The notes beneath the pieces were generated by a model. That model did no database searches, had not been told where the DNA came from, and worked only from the letters and a program-made list of their open reading frames with translations. The position numbers and the translations under genes are program-made. Shown piece after piece: positions 8,827 to 17,391 of a stretch of DNA of 64,000 nt. This DNA comes from Armatimonadota bacterium (GTDB taxonomy: Bacteria; Armatimonadota; DTGP01; JAKQQT01), in NCBI GenBank assembly GCA_029564025.1, contig JAKQQT010000075.1, positions 13,185 to 77,184 of the forward strand, in the 5' to 3' direction. Each line of letters opens with the position of its first letter. Position 1 is the first letter of the stretch.

Positions 8827-8867
8827 GCCGCGGGGAGCCTTCAAAAGCCCCGCGGCCTTATTATTTC
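8827..8867 (+). terminator. Attenuator-type terminator hairpin immediately upstream of argB
   Basis: GCCGCGGGG (8827-8835) / CCCCGCGGC (8848-8856) form a 9-bp all-GC stem, followed by CTTATTATTTC. It ends 14 nt before the argB ATG. Upstream CCGCGG/CCCGCG segments can compete for the 5' arm. Confidence 0.55.
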
Positions 8868-8880
8868 ACACCGAACACGG

Positions 8881-9747
8881 ATGCCGTCAGCTGAAACCGA
8901 AAACCAGGATTTCCATCGCCGCGCGGAGCGGCGGCTCGCCGATCACCCCGACTGCACGATTGTCGTGAAGTACGGCGGAAACGCCATGATCGATACCGAT
9001 CTCAAGCGTGCGCTGATGGGCAACCTGGTACTGCTCAACCGCGCGGGATTCCGGATCGTTCTGGTCCACGGTGGCGGCCCGGACATCAGTTTGGCCTTGA
9101 AGCGAATGGGCAAGGAATCCGTGTTCGTTCACGGACTGCGCGTAACCGACGCGGAGACGATGGAGATCGTGGAGATGGTGCTTGCCGGCAAAACGAACAA
9201 GGGACTTGTCAGCGACCTCCACGTTGCCGGCGCCAAGGCTGTCGGGCTCAGCGGGAAGGACGGGCGCCTGCTGGAGGCCGAAAAACAGTTGTCGCGCGGC
9301 ATCGACGTCGGTTTCGTCGGCGCGGTAACGAAGGTGAATTGCGGCATACTCAACACACTGATAGGAGCCGGTTACATTCCTGTGATTTGCAGTGTGGCGG
9401 ATGACGGAGCGGGACAGACGCTGAACATCAACGCCGATCACGCGGCGGGCTACATTGCCGCCGCTTTGAAGGCTGACGAGTTGCTGTTGCTGACCGATGT
9501 GGCCGGTGTGATGGAAGATCCAGGCCAACCCGACAGCCTGCTTAACCGCATGAACGCGGCCAGTGCTCGTGATATGCTTGCGACCGGTAAGGCCGACAAG
9601 GGGATGATACCGAAACTGGAAGCCTGCCTTACCGCGCTGGAGGGTGGTTGCCGGGCTGTACAGATTCTGGACGGGCGCGTTCCGTCCGCCGTGCTGAACC
9701 ACTTGCTGGGTGATGAACCGACGGGAACATCCGTCACGCTGGAGTAA
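8881..9747 (+). CDS. argB: Acetylglutamate kinase
   Basis: VVKYGGNAM, VLVHGGGPDI, GLRVTD, LNINADHAAG and a C-terminal IPKLEA..GG..V.ILDG are typical ArgB motifs. Confidence 0.9.
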   Translation: MPSAETENQDFHRRAERRLADHPDCTIVVKYGGNAMIDTDLKRALMGNLVLLNRAGFRIVLVHGGGPDISLALKRMGKESVFVHGLRVTDAETMEIVEMVLAGKTNKGLVSDLHVAGAKAVGLSGKDGRLLEAEKQLSRGIDVGFVGAVTKVNCGILNTLIGAGYIPVICSVADDGAGQTLNINADHAAGYIAAALKADELLLLTDVAGVMEDPGQPDSLLNRMNAASARDMLATGKADKGMIPKLEACLTALEGGCRAVQILDGRVPSAVLNHLLGDEPTGTSVTLE

Positions 9748-9749
9748 AG

Positions 9750-10556
9750 ATGCCGGAACTGCCTGAAGTCGAAGGAATGAAACAGCGCCTGAACAAGATG
9801 GTTACCGGGCGCCTGATTAGCGATGTGCGCGACATTTCGGGTACAGCCACGCGTTCGACGGATGGAACACCGTTCCGCGATGCCGTCGTCGGCCTCGGTA
9901 TCACGGGATTCGACCGGCGGGCGAAGAATCTGCTCATATCCCTCTCGAACGGCGACGGTATCGTGATGCACTTTATGCGCGAGGGCATGCTGGAATACGC
10001 TCCCATCGGCGCCGAGTTGGGACCGCACACCCAGGCGGTTATGACGCTCGACAACGGACACGACCTTCGGTTGCGCGACACGATGCGGACCGCGCGCTGG
10101 ACGCTCTGCCCCGGAAACGACACGTCCAAAGTGTCGACTATGCAGAAACTGGGGCTTGAGTATACGGACGCGGCGTTCACACCTGATTATCTTAAGGTAA
10201 GGCTCGATAAAAAGTCGCCGCTCAAGGCCCTGCTGGTGGACCAGTCTGTGATTGCGGGAATCGGTAATGCTTACGCTCACGAGATCGCATTCGAAGCCGG
10301 CATCAGACCGGATCGCGCGGGCAACTCGTTATCAGGCGACGAAATTGTTCGGGTTCATCGGGCAATCGGTCTTGTTTTCGACCGCGCAATCGCCGCGCGG
10401 GTGGCCTCGACGTTGAGCATCATGGGCGATGAAGGCTGGGAAGTGGCCCGCATCCACCGCCGCAAGGGCCAACCCTGCCCCGTTTGCGGCACGGCGCTAC
10501 TCGGGGAAAAACTGGGCGGAAACCTGATGTACTACTGCCCGACCTGTCAGCACTGA
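9750..10556 (+). CDS. mutM: Formamidopyrimidine-DNA glycosylase (Fpg/Nei family)
   Basis: N-terminal MPELPEVE (catalytic Pro2/Glu3), H2TH region IAGIGNAYAHEI, C-terminal zinc finger CPVCG...YYCPTCQ. Confidence 0.8.
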   Translation: MPELPEVEGMKQRLNKMVTGRLISDVRDISGTATRSTDGTPFRDAVVGLGITGFDRRAKNLLISLSNGDGIVMHFMREGMLEYAPIGAELGPHTQAVMTLDNGHDLRLRDTMRTARWTLCPGNDTSKVSTMQKLGLEYTDAAFTPDYLKVRLDKKSPLKALLVDQSVIAGIGNAYAHEIAFEAGIRPDRAGNSLSGDEIVRVHRAIGLVFDRAIAARVASTLSIMGDEGWEVARIHRRKGQPCPVCGTALLGEKLGGNLMYYCPTCQH

Positions 10557-10587
10557 CGGGCGAAACTATACGGAGGACGGAAACGAT

Positions 10588-11814
10588 ATGCCGGAAAACG
10601 CGGCAAACGGATGGACATCGGAACAGATCATCGCGATGGACAAGGCCTATGTGATGGGCACTTACGGACGCGCGCCCGTTGCTTTCGTCCGCGGCGAGGG
10701 AATGTACCTGTGGACGGCGGAGGGTGAACGTTTCCTGGATATGGTCAGCGGCGGAAGAGCCGGTTGCGGCCTCGGCCACTGCCACCCGAAGGTCACCCGG
10801 GCTATCCAGGAACAGGCGGAAACCCTGGCCTTTGTCAGCAATGATTACTACTGCCCGACCCGCGCGGAACTGGCACGACGCCTGAGCGAGCGGACGCACG
10901 GCTACAAGGTGTTTTTTACGAACAGCGGCACGGAAGCCACCGAAGGCGCCCTGAAACTCGCGCGCAAGTGGTCGAAGAAGGCCAAGGGGCCTGAAGCCGT
11001 CGAGATTCTTACGGCCTACCAATCGTTCCACGGTCGCTCCTACGGCGCGATGAGCGCCACGGGACAGGCGAAGTTTCAGGAAGGTTTCGAGCCCATTTTG
11101 CCGGGCTTCCGGTATATGCGCTTCCTGGACCGACAGACCATCGTTCAGAAAATGCCGGACGAAACGTGCGCCGTGATGCTTGAGACGATTCAAGGCGAAA
11201 GCGGCGTCAATCCGGTGACTAAGGAATACATCCAGGACGTCCGTAAACTGACCGAAGAGAAGAACATCCTCCTGATTATGGACGAGGTTCAGTGCGGTTT
11301 CGGCCGGACGGGCCGGTTCTGGTGCTACGAGCACTTTGACATCCAGCCGGACATCGTGACTCTGGCAAAGTCGCTTGGCGGCGGCCTCAGCGTTGGTGTC
11401 GTGCTTGCCCGTCCCGACGTCGCGGAAGCGTTTGGTCCCGGCACGCACGGCAGTACCTTCGGCGGGAATCCACTGGGAACCGCCGCGGCACTGGCGGCCA
11501 TGAACACACTGGAAGAAGAAAATCTGATTCAAAACGCGGCGGATATGGGCGATTACTTCCGGCGCGGACTGGCAACCTTGAAGCGTAACGGAAGACCGAT
11601 CCAACTGACGCGCGGCCTCGGCCTGATGATTGGCGTTCAGTTGACAGCGCCGATTGCGGCCCAGGTTGCGATGCGCTGTCTTGAGATGGGACTGCTGATT
11701 CACAACGTGGGCGACAGCGTCCTGCGGATTCTGCCTGCAATGGTTGCGAAGGCCGAACACATCGATGAAGCGCTGGGCATTCTGGACAAGAGCCTGGCAA
11801 TATCAAACCCTTAA
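10588..11814 (+). CDS. argD: Acetylornithine aminotransferase (class III PLP aminotransferase)
   Basis: NSGTEA, DEVQCGFGRTG, LAKSLGGG (PLP Lys) and GSTFGGNPL, plus arg-operon context. Confidence 0.85.
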   Translation: MPENAANGWTSEQIIAMDKAYVMGTYGRAPVAFVRGEGMYLWTAEGERFLDMVSGGRAGCGLGHCHPKVTRAIQEQAETLAFVSNDYYCPTRAELARRLSERTHGYKVFFTNSGTEATEGALKLARKWSKKAKGPEAVEILTAYQSFHGRSYGAMSATGQAKFQEGFEPILPGFRYMRFLDRQTIVQKMPDETCAVMLETIQGESGVNPVTKEYIQDVRKLTEEKNILLIMDEVQCGFGRTGRFWCYEHFDIQPDIVTLAKSLGGGLSVGVVLARPDVAEAFGPGTHGSTFGGNPLGTAAALAAMNTLEEENLIQNAADMGDYFRRGLATLKRNGRPIQLTRGLGLMIGVQLTAPIAAQVAMRCLEMGLLIHNVGDSVLRILPAMVAKAEHIDEALGILDKSLAISNP

Positions 11815-11828
11815 GGATTTCAAATAAA

Positions 11829-13793
11829 ATGTGGGAAAAATTCACGGAAAGAACCAGACGAATTATATACCGGGCCCAGGAGGAGGCGCACCGGTACGGA
11901 CACCCCAATGTGGGGACCGAGCACCTGCTCCTGGGTATTCTGGACGAACCCGATTCCATGGCGGCACGGGTACTGGAGACGCTGGCCGGAAGCCTGGACA
12001 GCATCCGATTGAGTACCGTCAGCGGCCTGCCCGCCGGCTCCAAAAATCCGGCCACCAAGATCGGCCGAACCCGAAGCGCCCGCCGCGTGCTGGAACTGGC
12101 CGAGGACGAAGCAACACAGCAAGGTGCCGATCATATTGCCAGCGGGCACCTGCTGGTCGGCCTGGTGCGGTGCCGGGAAGGCGGAGCCGCTCATATCCTT
12201 GAGAACTGCTCGGTGGTTCTGCCGGCCGTGCGCGCCGAGATTACGGCGGAACTGACCGGCCAGAACGGCTCCAACCGCGGAGAAGACGCCCGCCTGGACG
12301 AACACTCCACGCTGAAGTCATTACCGCCTCTTGTTCGAAGCGCGCTGGGCCACACGTGGCGCCATATGTCGTACCGCTCCCGAAGGGCTATCGAAGCCGC
12401 CTTGAGCGAAGCCGCGCAACGAGGCGACACACTGGTCACCCCGGACTATCTGGTCCTGGGCGCTCTGAAGGATTCCGACAGCGCCGTTGCGCGCGTTTTC
12501 CGCCGAATGGAAGTCGATGTCAAAGCACTTGTCGATGACATCAAGGCTTCCCTGAAAAGTCACGGCGAACCGCGCAAGGTCGACCGGCATATGGAACTGC
12601 GCGCCACCACATGCGCCGCGATATCAGACGCCGAAATGGCCGCGCGCGTCGACGGCACCGGAGTGATCGGAACGGCGCATCTCGTGATGGGCGTGCTGAC
12701 ACTCAAGGACTCCAACGCCGCCGCCGTACTGAAAAAGCACCAGGTTAATCTCGCGACCCTGCGCTCTCTGTACATCGAATTGCACGAGAACGACAGCAAG
12801 GCATCGGCGGATCCCGACCAGTTGTCCAAACTCACGCTTTCGCAGATGATCTCGCGAAGCCGCCTGAAGGGCAAGCACCTTTTGCGCATCAGCGACCTGA
12901 CGCCGGCAGACGTCGCTCTCGTGTTCGCCGTAACCGACAAACTGAAAAGCCGCAAGGGACGCGGCGGAGCGGACGAAGCCTCTGCCCTGCACCGCGGCAA
13001 GACACTGGCGCTTGTTTTCCAGAAACCGTCGCTCAGAACGCGCGTGACATTCGAAATCGGTATGAACCAGTTGGGCGGCCATGCCCTTCACCTTGGCCCG
13101 GACGAAATCGGCGTCGGCGAGCGCGAATCCCCGGCGGATGTCGCCCGCAACCTGGAACGCTGGGTGCACGGCATCGTTGCGCGGACCTTCAAACATTCCT
13201 TGGTTGAGGAACTCGCCGCCAATTCCACCATACCGGTCATCAACGGCCTCAGCGACCTGGAGCATCCGTGCCAGGCTCTGGCGGACCTGTACACCCTGCG
13301 CGAACGCAAAGGCGCCGTCAAGGGACTGACGCTGATGTACATCGGAGACGGCAACAACGTGTGCCGCTCGCTCATGGAACTCTGCGCGCTCACCGGAACG
13401 AATCTTCGCATCGCCTCTCCGGAAGGCTACGAGCCCGACGCAACAGCCGTGGCGGCTTTGAAACCGGTGTTTGAGGCGGCAGGCGCCGAGCTATGGGTGG
13501 GCCGCGATCCCATCGAGGCCGCCAAGGGCTCCGATGCGGTTTACACCGATGTCTGGACCAGCATGGGCCAGGAAGAGGAAGCCGCAATTCGCCATGCGGC
13601 CTTCCAGCCGTACCAGTTGAACATGAAGGTCGTCAACGCGGCGAATCCGGAAGCCATTGTCCTTCACTGCCAGCCGGCGCACCGTGAAGAGGAGATTACC
13701 TCCGAGGCGATGGACTGCCCGACCAGCGCGATCTTCGACCAGGCCGAGAACCGCATGCACGTTCAAAAAGCGCTGATGGCGCTTATGCTGTAA
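11829..13793 (+). CDS. argF: Fusion protein: two tandem Clp N-terminal (Clp_N) modules + ornithine carbamoyltransferase
   Basis: aa 1-145 form a Clp_N double repeat: MWEKFTERTRRIIYRAQEEAHRYGHPNVGTEHLLLGIL closely mirrors the clpC N-terminus in this window. aa ~182-320 form a second, more diverged double repeat (VTPDYLVLGAL, IGTAHLVMGVL). aa ~346-654 are an OTCase with SLRTR, HPCQALADL, DVWTSMG and HCQP motifs. Confidence 0.85.
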   Translation: MWEKFTERTRRIIYRAQEEAHRYGHPNVGTEHLLLGILDEPDSMAARVLETLAGSLDSIRLSTVSGLPAGSKNPATKIGRTRSARRVLELAEDEATQQGADHIASGHLLVGLVRCREGGAAHILENCSVVLPAVRAEITAELTGQNGSNRGEDARLDEHSTLKSLPPLVRSALGHTWRHMSYRSRRAIEAALSEAAQRGDTLVTPDYLVLGALKDSDSAVARVFRRMEVDVKALVDDIKASLKSHGEPRKVDRHMELRATTCAAISDAEMAARVDGTGVIGTAHLVMGVLTLKDSNAAAVLKKHQVNLATLRSLYIELHENDSKASADPDQLSKLTLSQMISRSRLKGKHLLRISDLTPADVALVFAVTDKLKSRKGRGGADEASALHRGKTLALVFQKPSLRTRVTFEIGMNQLGGHALHLGPDEIGVGERESPADVARNLERWVHGIVARTFKHSLVEELAANSTIPVINGLSDLEHPCQALADLYTLRERKGAVKGLTLMYIGDGNNVCRSLMELCALTGTNLRIASPEGYEPDATAVAALKPVFEAAGAELWVGRDPIEAAKGSDAVYTDVWTSMGQEEEAAIRHAAFQPYQLNMKVVNAANPEAIVLHCQPAHREEEITSEAMDCPTSAIFDQAENRMHVQKALMALML

Positions 13794-13805
13794 TCTATCC
13801 AGCCG

Positions 13806-14312
13806 ATGACGGGTCGAGACGATACGTCGGAAATCATCCTGCGGCGGGCGACGTGGGCCGATGCCTACGCCATGATCGCCGTCACGCGCGCCGCGTTCAG
13901 CGTGTATGAAGGTTTCGATCCGCCGTTCGTCGCGCTTACGGAGACCGAGCAGGATGTCCGGTTGCAGATGTACCTCGGCGGCGCCGTGGTCGCCGTCAAG
14001 GGTTCAACCGTGGTCGGAGCGGCCCGGTACAAAGCCCTGGGAGACGGGCGTCTGCTGTTTTACCGGCTCGCCGTGCACCCGGACTGGCAGAGGCGCGGAC
14101 TGGCGGCCCGGTTGCTGAACTGGACCGACAGCGCCGCCATCCGGCTTCATTGCGACGAGGTGATTTTGTACGTGCGGAAGCAGTTTGACCGTCATATTGC
14201 CCTTTACGAACGGTGCGGATTCCGTATCATCACGGACGATACACCAACCATAAACTACAACGTTTACGTCGCGATGGCGCGACCCGTAATCAAAGAGAGG
14301 AACCACCATTGA
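13806..14312 (+). CDS. GNAT family N-acetyltransferase (single domain)
   Basis: Acetyl-CoA motif A context RLAVHPDWQRRGLAARLL. 168 aa. The stop overlaps the argG TTG start (TTGA). Confidence 0.75.
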   Translation: MTGRDDTSEIILRRATWADAYAMIAVTRAAFSVYEGFDPPFVALTETEQDVRLQMYLGGAVVAVKGSTVVGAARYKALGDGRLLFYRLAVHPDWQRRGLAARLLNWTDSAAIRLHCDEVILYVRKQFDRHIALYERCGFRIITDDTPTINYNVYVAMARPVIKERNHH

Positions 14313-15499
14313 ACCAGGTTGTACTGATTTACTCCGGCGGACTGGACACATCCGTCTGTATCCCGATGATGACCGAGGACTACGGTTTTGATCACATCGT
14401 CACCGTGACTGTCGATGTCGGCCAGCCGGAAGAAGACATCACGATGGCCGCCGAGAAGGCCGCCAGATTTGGAACCGAGCACTACACAGTGGACGCCAAG
14501 GACGAGTTCGCGCGCGACTACTGCTTCCCCGCCGTTCGCGCCAACGCAATGTACCAGGGAGGCTATCCGGTTTCCACCAGTATCGCCCGCCCCCTGATCG
14601 CCCTAAAGGCGGTTGAGGTCGCGCAGAAGGTGGGCGCCAAGGCGTTCGCCCACGGTTGCACCGGCAAGGGGAACGACCAGTTGCGCATCGAGTTCATCGT
14701 CCGCACCCTCCTGCCCGATGCCCGGATCGTCGCCCCCATGCGCGAGAAGAACATGACGCGCACCGAGGAAATCGAATACGCCCGCGTCAAGAACGTCCCG
14801 ATCGGACAGAGCGCCGAGAAGATCTGGTCGATCGACGAGAACCTGTGGGGCCGCTCCATCGAGGGCGGACGCCTGGAGGAACCGGACTTCGCGCCGCCGG
14901 AGGAGATTTTCCGCTGGACTGCGGGCCCGCAGGAAGCCCCGAACACACCGGAGACCGTGGTGGTCCGCTTCGAAAACGGCAACCCCGTGGCCATCAACGG
15001 CAAGTCGATGGATCCGCTGACCCTGATTCGCGAGGCGCACAACCTGGCCGGCAAGAACGGCGTGGGACGCATCGACGTGATGGAAGACCGGATGCTGGGT
15101 CTGAAGGTCCGCGAGAACTACGAATGCCCTGCCGCAATCCTGCTTTATACGGCTCACGCGGCTCTGGAAGCCCTTGTGTTCACCAAGGACGAGCGCGACT
15201 TCAAGCGCGTGGTGGACGCCAAGTGGGCGGACCTCGCCTACGCCGGACTGTGGATTGACCCGCTGAAACACGACTTGGACGCTTTCATCGACAAGACACA
15301 GGAACGTGTAACCGGCGAGGTGATCCTGCGCCTGTTCAAAGGCGGTATCTCCGTGATCGGGCGAAGAAGCCCGTTCGCGCTTTACAATGAGGACCTGGCT
15401 TCGTTCGACAGTAAGACCTGGGACCAGCGCGATGGAGAAGCCCTGTGCAAAGCCTACGGAATGCAGGCGCGGATGGCCGCGCAGTTGAACATCGGCTGA
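14309..15499 (+). CDS. argG: Argininosuccinate synthase
   Basis: VVLIYSGGLDTS (N-type ATP pyrophosphatase P-loop), AHGCTGKGNDQ, ENLWGRS. The start is set at in-frame TTG 14309 (AGAGAGGA SD); the longer ORF from 14213 overlaps the GNAT gene. Confidence 0.9.
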   Translation: MNQVVLIYSGGLDTSVCIPMMTEDYGFDHIVTVTVDVGQPEEDITMAAEKAARFGTEHYTVDAKDEFARDYCFPAVRANAMYQGGYPVSTSIARPLIALKAVEVAQKVGAKAFAHGCTGKGNDQLRIEFIVRTLLPDARIVAPMREKNMTRTEEIEYARVKNVPIGQSAEKIWSIDENLWGRSIEGGRLEEPDFAPPEEIFRWTAGPQEAPNTPETVVVRFENGNPVAINGKSMDPLTLIREAHNLAGKNGVGRIDVMEDRMLGLKVRENYECPAAILLYTAHAALEALVFTKDERDFKRVVDAKWADLAYAGLWIDPLKHDLDAFIDKTQERVTGEVILRLFKGGISVIGRRSPFALYNEDLASFDSKTWDQRDGEALCKAYGMQARMAAQLNIG

Positions 15500-15516
15500 C
15501 CGGATTGCGAAAACGC

Positions 15517-17376
15517 ATGCTGATGACCGCGGCCGCACTGGCCGCGGCCGTCTGCGTGTCCACGCCGGCGCCGGCAGTTTCGCCGGATCCGGCCCTCCCA
15601 ATCCTCAAGCGTGTTGTTACCGCGGCCAACGAAAGCCGGCGGTCCGACGCCGCGTCTGCCGCGATTACGAAGGACGCAAGGGTCTTCGGATGGATTCCGG
15701 AAGAGCCCAGCATGTTCGGCGCCGTGATGCGCCCCACTCCCTGGGCAGTCGCCACGCTCAAGCCGCCCTTCACCAACACCCGCACGCGCCTCGCCGTGTT
15801 CCACACCTACCACGGACCCGAATCCGACGGCGATCACATCCACCCACTGGTGGAAACCGCGTCCGGGTGGCGGTTGATGCGCGAGATTCCCGAAACCGAC
15901 ACGCAAGGCTACCGGATCACCGCGCACAATCTGCGAATCCGCATTCTGCCGAAATCCAACAGCCTGCGAGCGGTTGATACTCTGGCTATCCGAAGAACCG
16001 GCGCTTCCCAACAGTGCGCCTTTGTGCGGATATCAAACGATTTCACGGTCCGCTCAATCAGAACCGCAACCGGAAAGCAGGTTCCGTTCCTTCAGGCGGG
16101 AGGCATCGTTTCGGTGCGCGTGCCGGCCGGCGATTCCGTAACCCTGACGTTCACTTACGACGGCAAGGTGTCGCACTCGATGATGAGCGACATCTCTCCC
16201 GAAGTAGCGGCGCTGAACGCATACCACTGGCCGCACCTGGGGCGCCTGCCCGCCACGACGAACACCACCGTCATTGTTCCGGCAAACTGGACCGCGATTA
16301 CTCAAGGCGAACTGGTTTCGAAGACCACGCAAGGCGCGGACAGCGCCTTCGTGTACGACAACAGGATTCCGGTGAACTACCAGTCGATCTGCGCCGGACC
16401 CTACGTCGAACGTTCGATGAAGCACGGGCGGCTGACCCTGTATACATATCTTCTGAACGATCAACCGGAGTTCTCCCAGTCCCTGCTGGAAGTCCTTGCC
16501 AAGGCAATGGACTACTATGAGCAACGCTTTGGACCGTATCCCTATACCCGGTACTCCCTCGTGGACGGAGGGAAACCGCTGGGTTTCGTCGCGCTTGAGG
16601 GATACAGCATGGCCTCGTACGGTTCGGTTCTGCTGACCCCGGCGATCATCGCGCACGAGTTGTCGCACACATGGTGGGGCGGCGTCGCCCCGAACACCTA
16701 TCTACGCTCGTGGTGGAATGAAGCCTTCGCCAGCTACTCGGACGATTCATTCTCCCGCTTCCGCAACGGAATCACAACGCCGCATCCGTCCGACCGGCGC
16801 TGGTGGCCGTTAACCAGTTCCGTGTCGGATTACCCGCTGTCGGAGGCGAGGCACTACGCAACGGACATCAACGGTCTTGCCTACCAGAAGGGTATGGTGG
16901 TTCTTCGTCTGCTCGAACTTCGCCTTGGGGCGGACAAGTTTGATGAGAGCGCCCGCGAGTTCCTGCAAACAGCCCGCAACCAGCCAGATCCCGGCTGGAA
17001 GGAATTCCAGAAGGCTGTTGAGAAGATAACAGGCGAGAACTGGGACTGGTTCTTCCGCCAGTGGGTGGAACGCGCAGGCTGGCCCGAACTGCGCTTGAGG
17101 CAGGCTCGCGTGACGGGCGACGCGGCGAACGGCTTCACGGTTACGGCACGCCTCGGACAAACGGCGCCGTATTACAGGCTGGAGGTTCCGGTCCGTCTCG
17201 TCACGGACGGACCGCCGGTTGATGTGATCATACCATTGACCGGCGGAACCGCGCCGGTTTCGTTCGAAACCAGGGACAAACCCCTCCGCATCGTTGTGGA
17301 TCCCGAGTTCACCATTCCGCGCGACCTGGGTCAAAACGACACCGATCGGGGCGACGCCGTTCTCATAAAACAGTAA
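15517..17376 (+). CDS. M1-family-like zinc metallopeptidase (aminopeptidase N-like), secreted
   Basis: HELSHTWWG...WWNEAFASY gives HEXXH plus a downstream Glu, with 17 rather than the canonical 18 residues between. No canonical GAMEN motif (GYSMA at that position). Signal-like N-terminus MLMTAAALAAAVCVSTPAPA. Start ATG 15517 or 15523. Confidence 0.7.
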   Translation: MLMTAAALAAAVCVSTPAPAVSPDPALPILKRVVTAANESRRSDAASAAITKDARVFGWIPEEPSMFGAVMRPTPWAVATLKPPFTNTRTRLAVFHTYHGPESDGDHIHPLVETASGWRLMREIPETDTQGYRITAHNLRIRILPKSNSLRAVDTLAIRRTGASQQCAFVRISNDFTVRSIRTATGKQVPFLQAGGIVSVRVPAGDSVTLTFTYDGKVSHSMMSDISPEVAALNAYHWPHLGRLPATTNTTVIVPANWTAITQGELVSKTTQGADSAFVYDNRIPVNYQSICAGPYVERSMKHGRLTLYTYLLNDQPEFSQSLLEVLAKAMDYYEQRFGPYPYTRYSLVDGGKPLGFVALEGYSMASYGSVLLTPAIIAHELSHTWWGGVAPNTYLRSWWNEAFASYSDDSFSRFRNGITTPHPSDRRWWPLTSSVSDYPLSEARHYATDINGLAYQKGMVVLRLLELRLGADKFDESAREFLQTARNQPDPGWKEFQKAVEKITGENWDWFFRQWVERAGWPELRLRQARVTGDAANGFTVTARLGQTAPYYRLEVPVRLVTDGPPVDVIIPLTGGTAPVSFETRDKPLRIVVDPEFTIPRDLGQNDTDRGDAVLIKQ

Positions 17377-17391
17377 TCCAAGGAGACAACT

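Noticed and set aside
10420-11760. 446-aa ORF antisense to argD.
   Set aside because: Its Arg/Ala/Gly-rich, low-complexity translation is typical of the open antisense frame of a high-GC gene. The sense strand carries unmistakable aminotransferase motifs.
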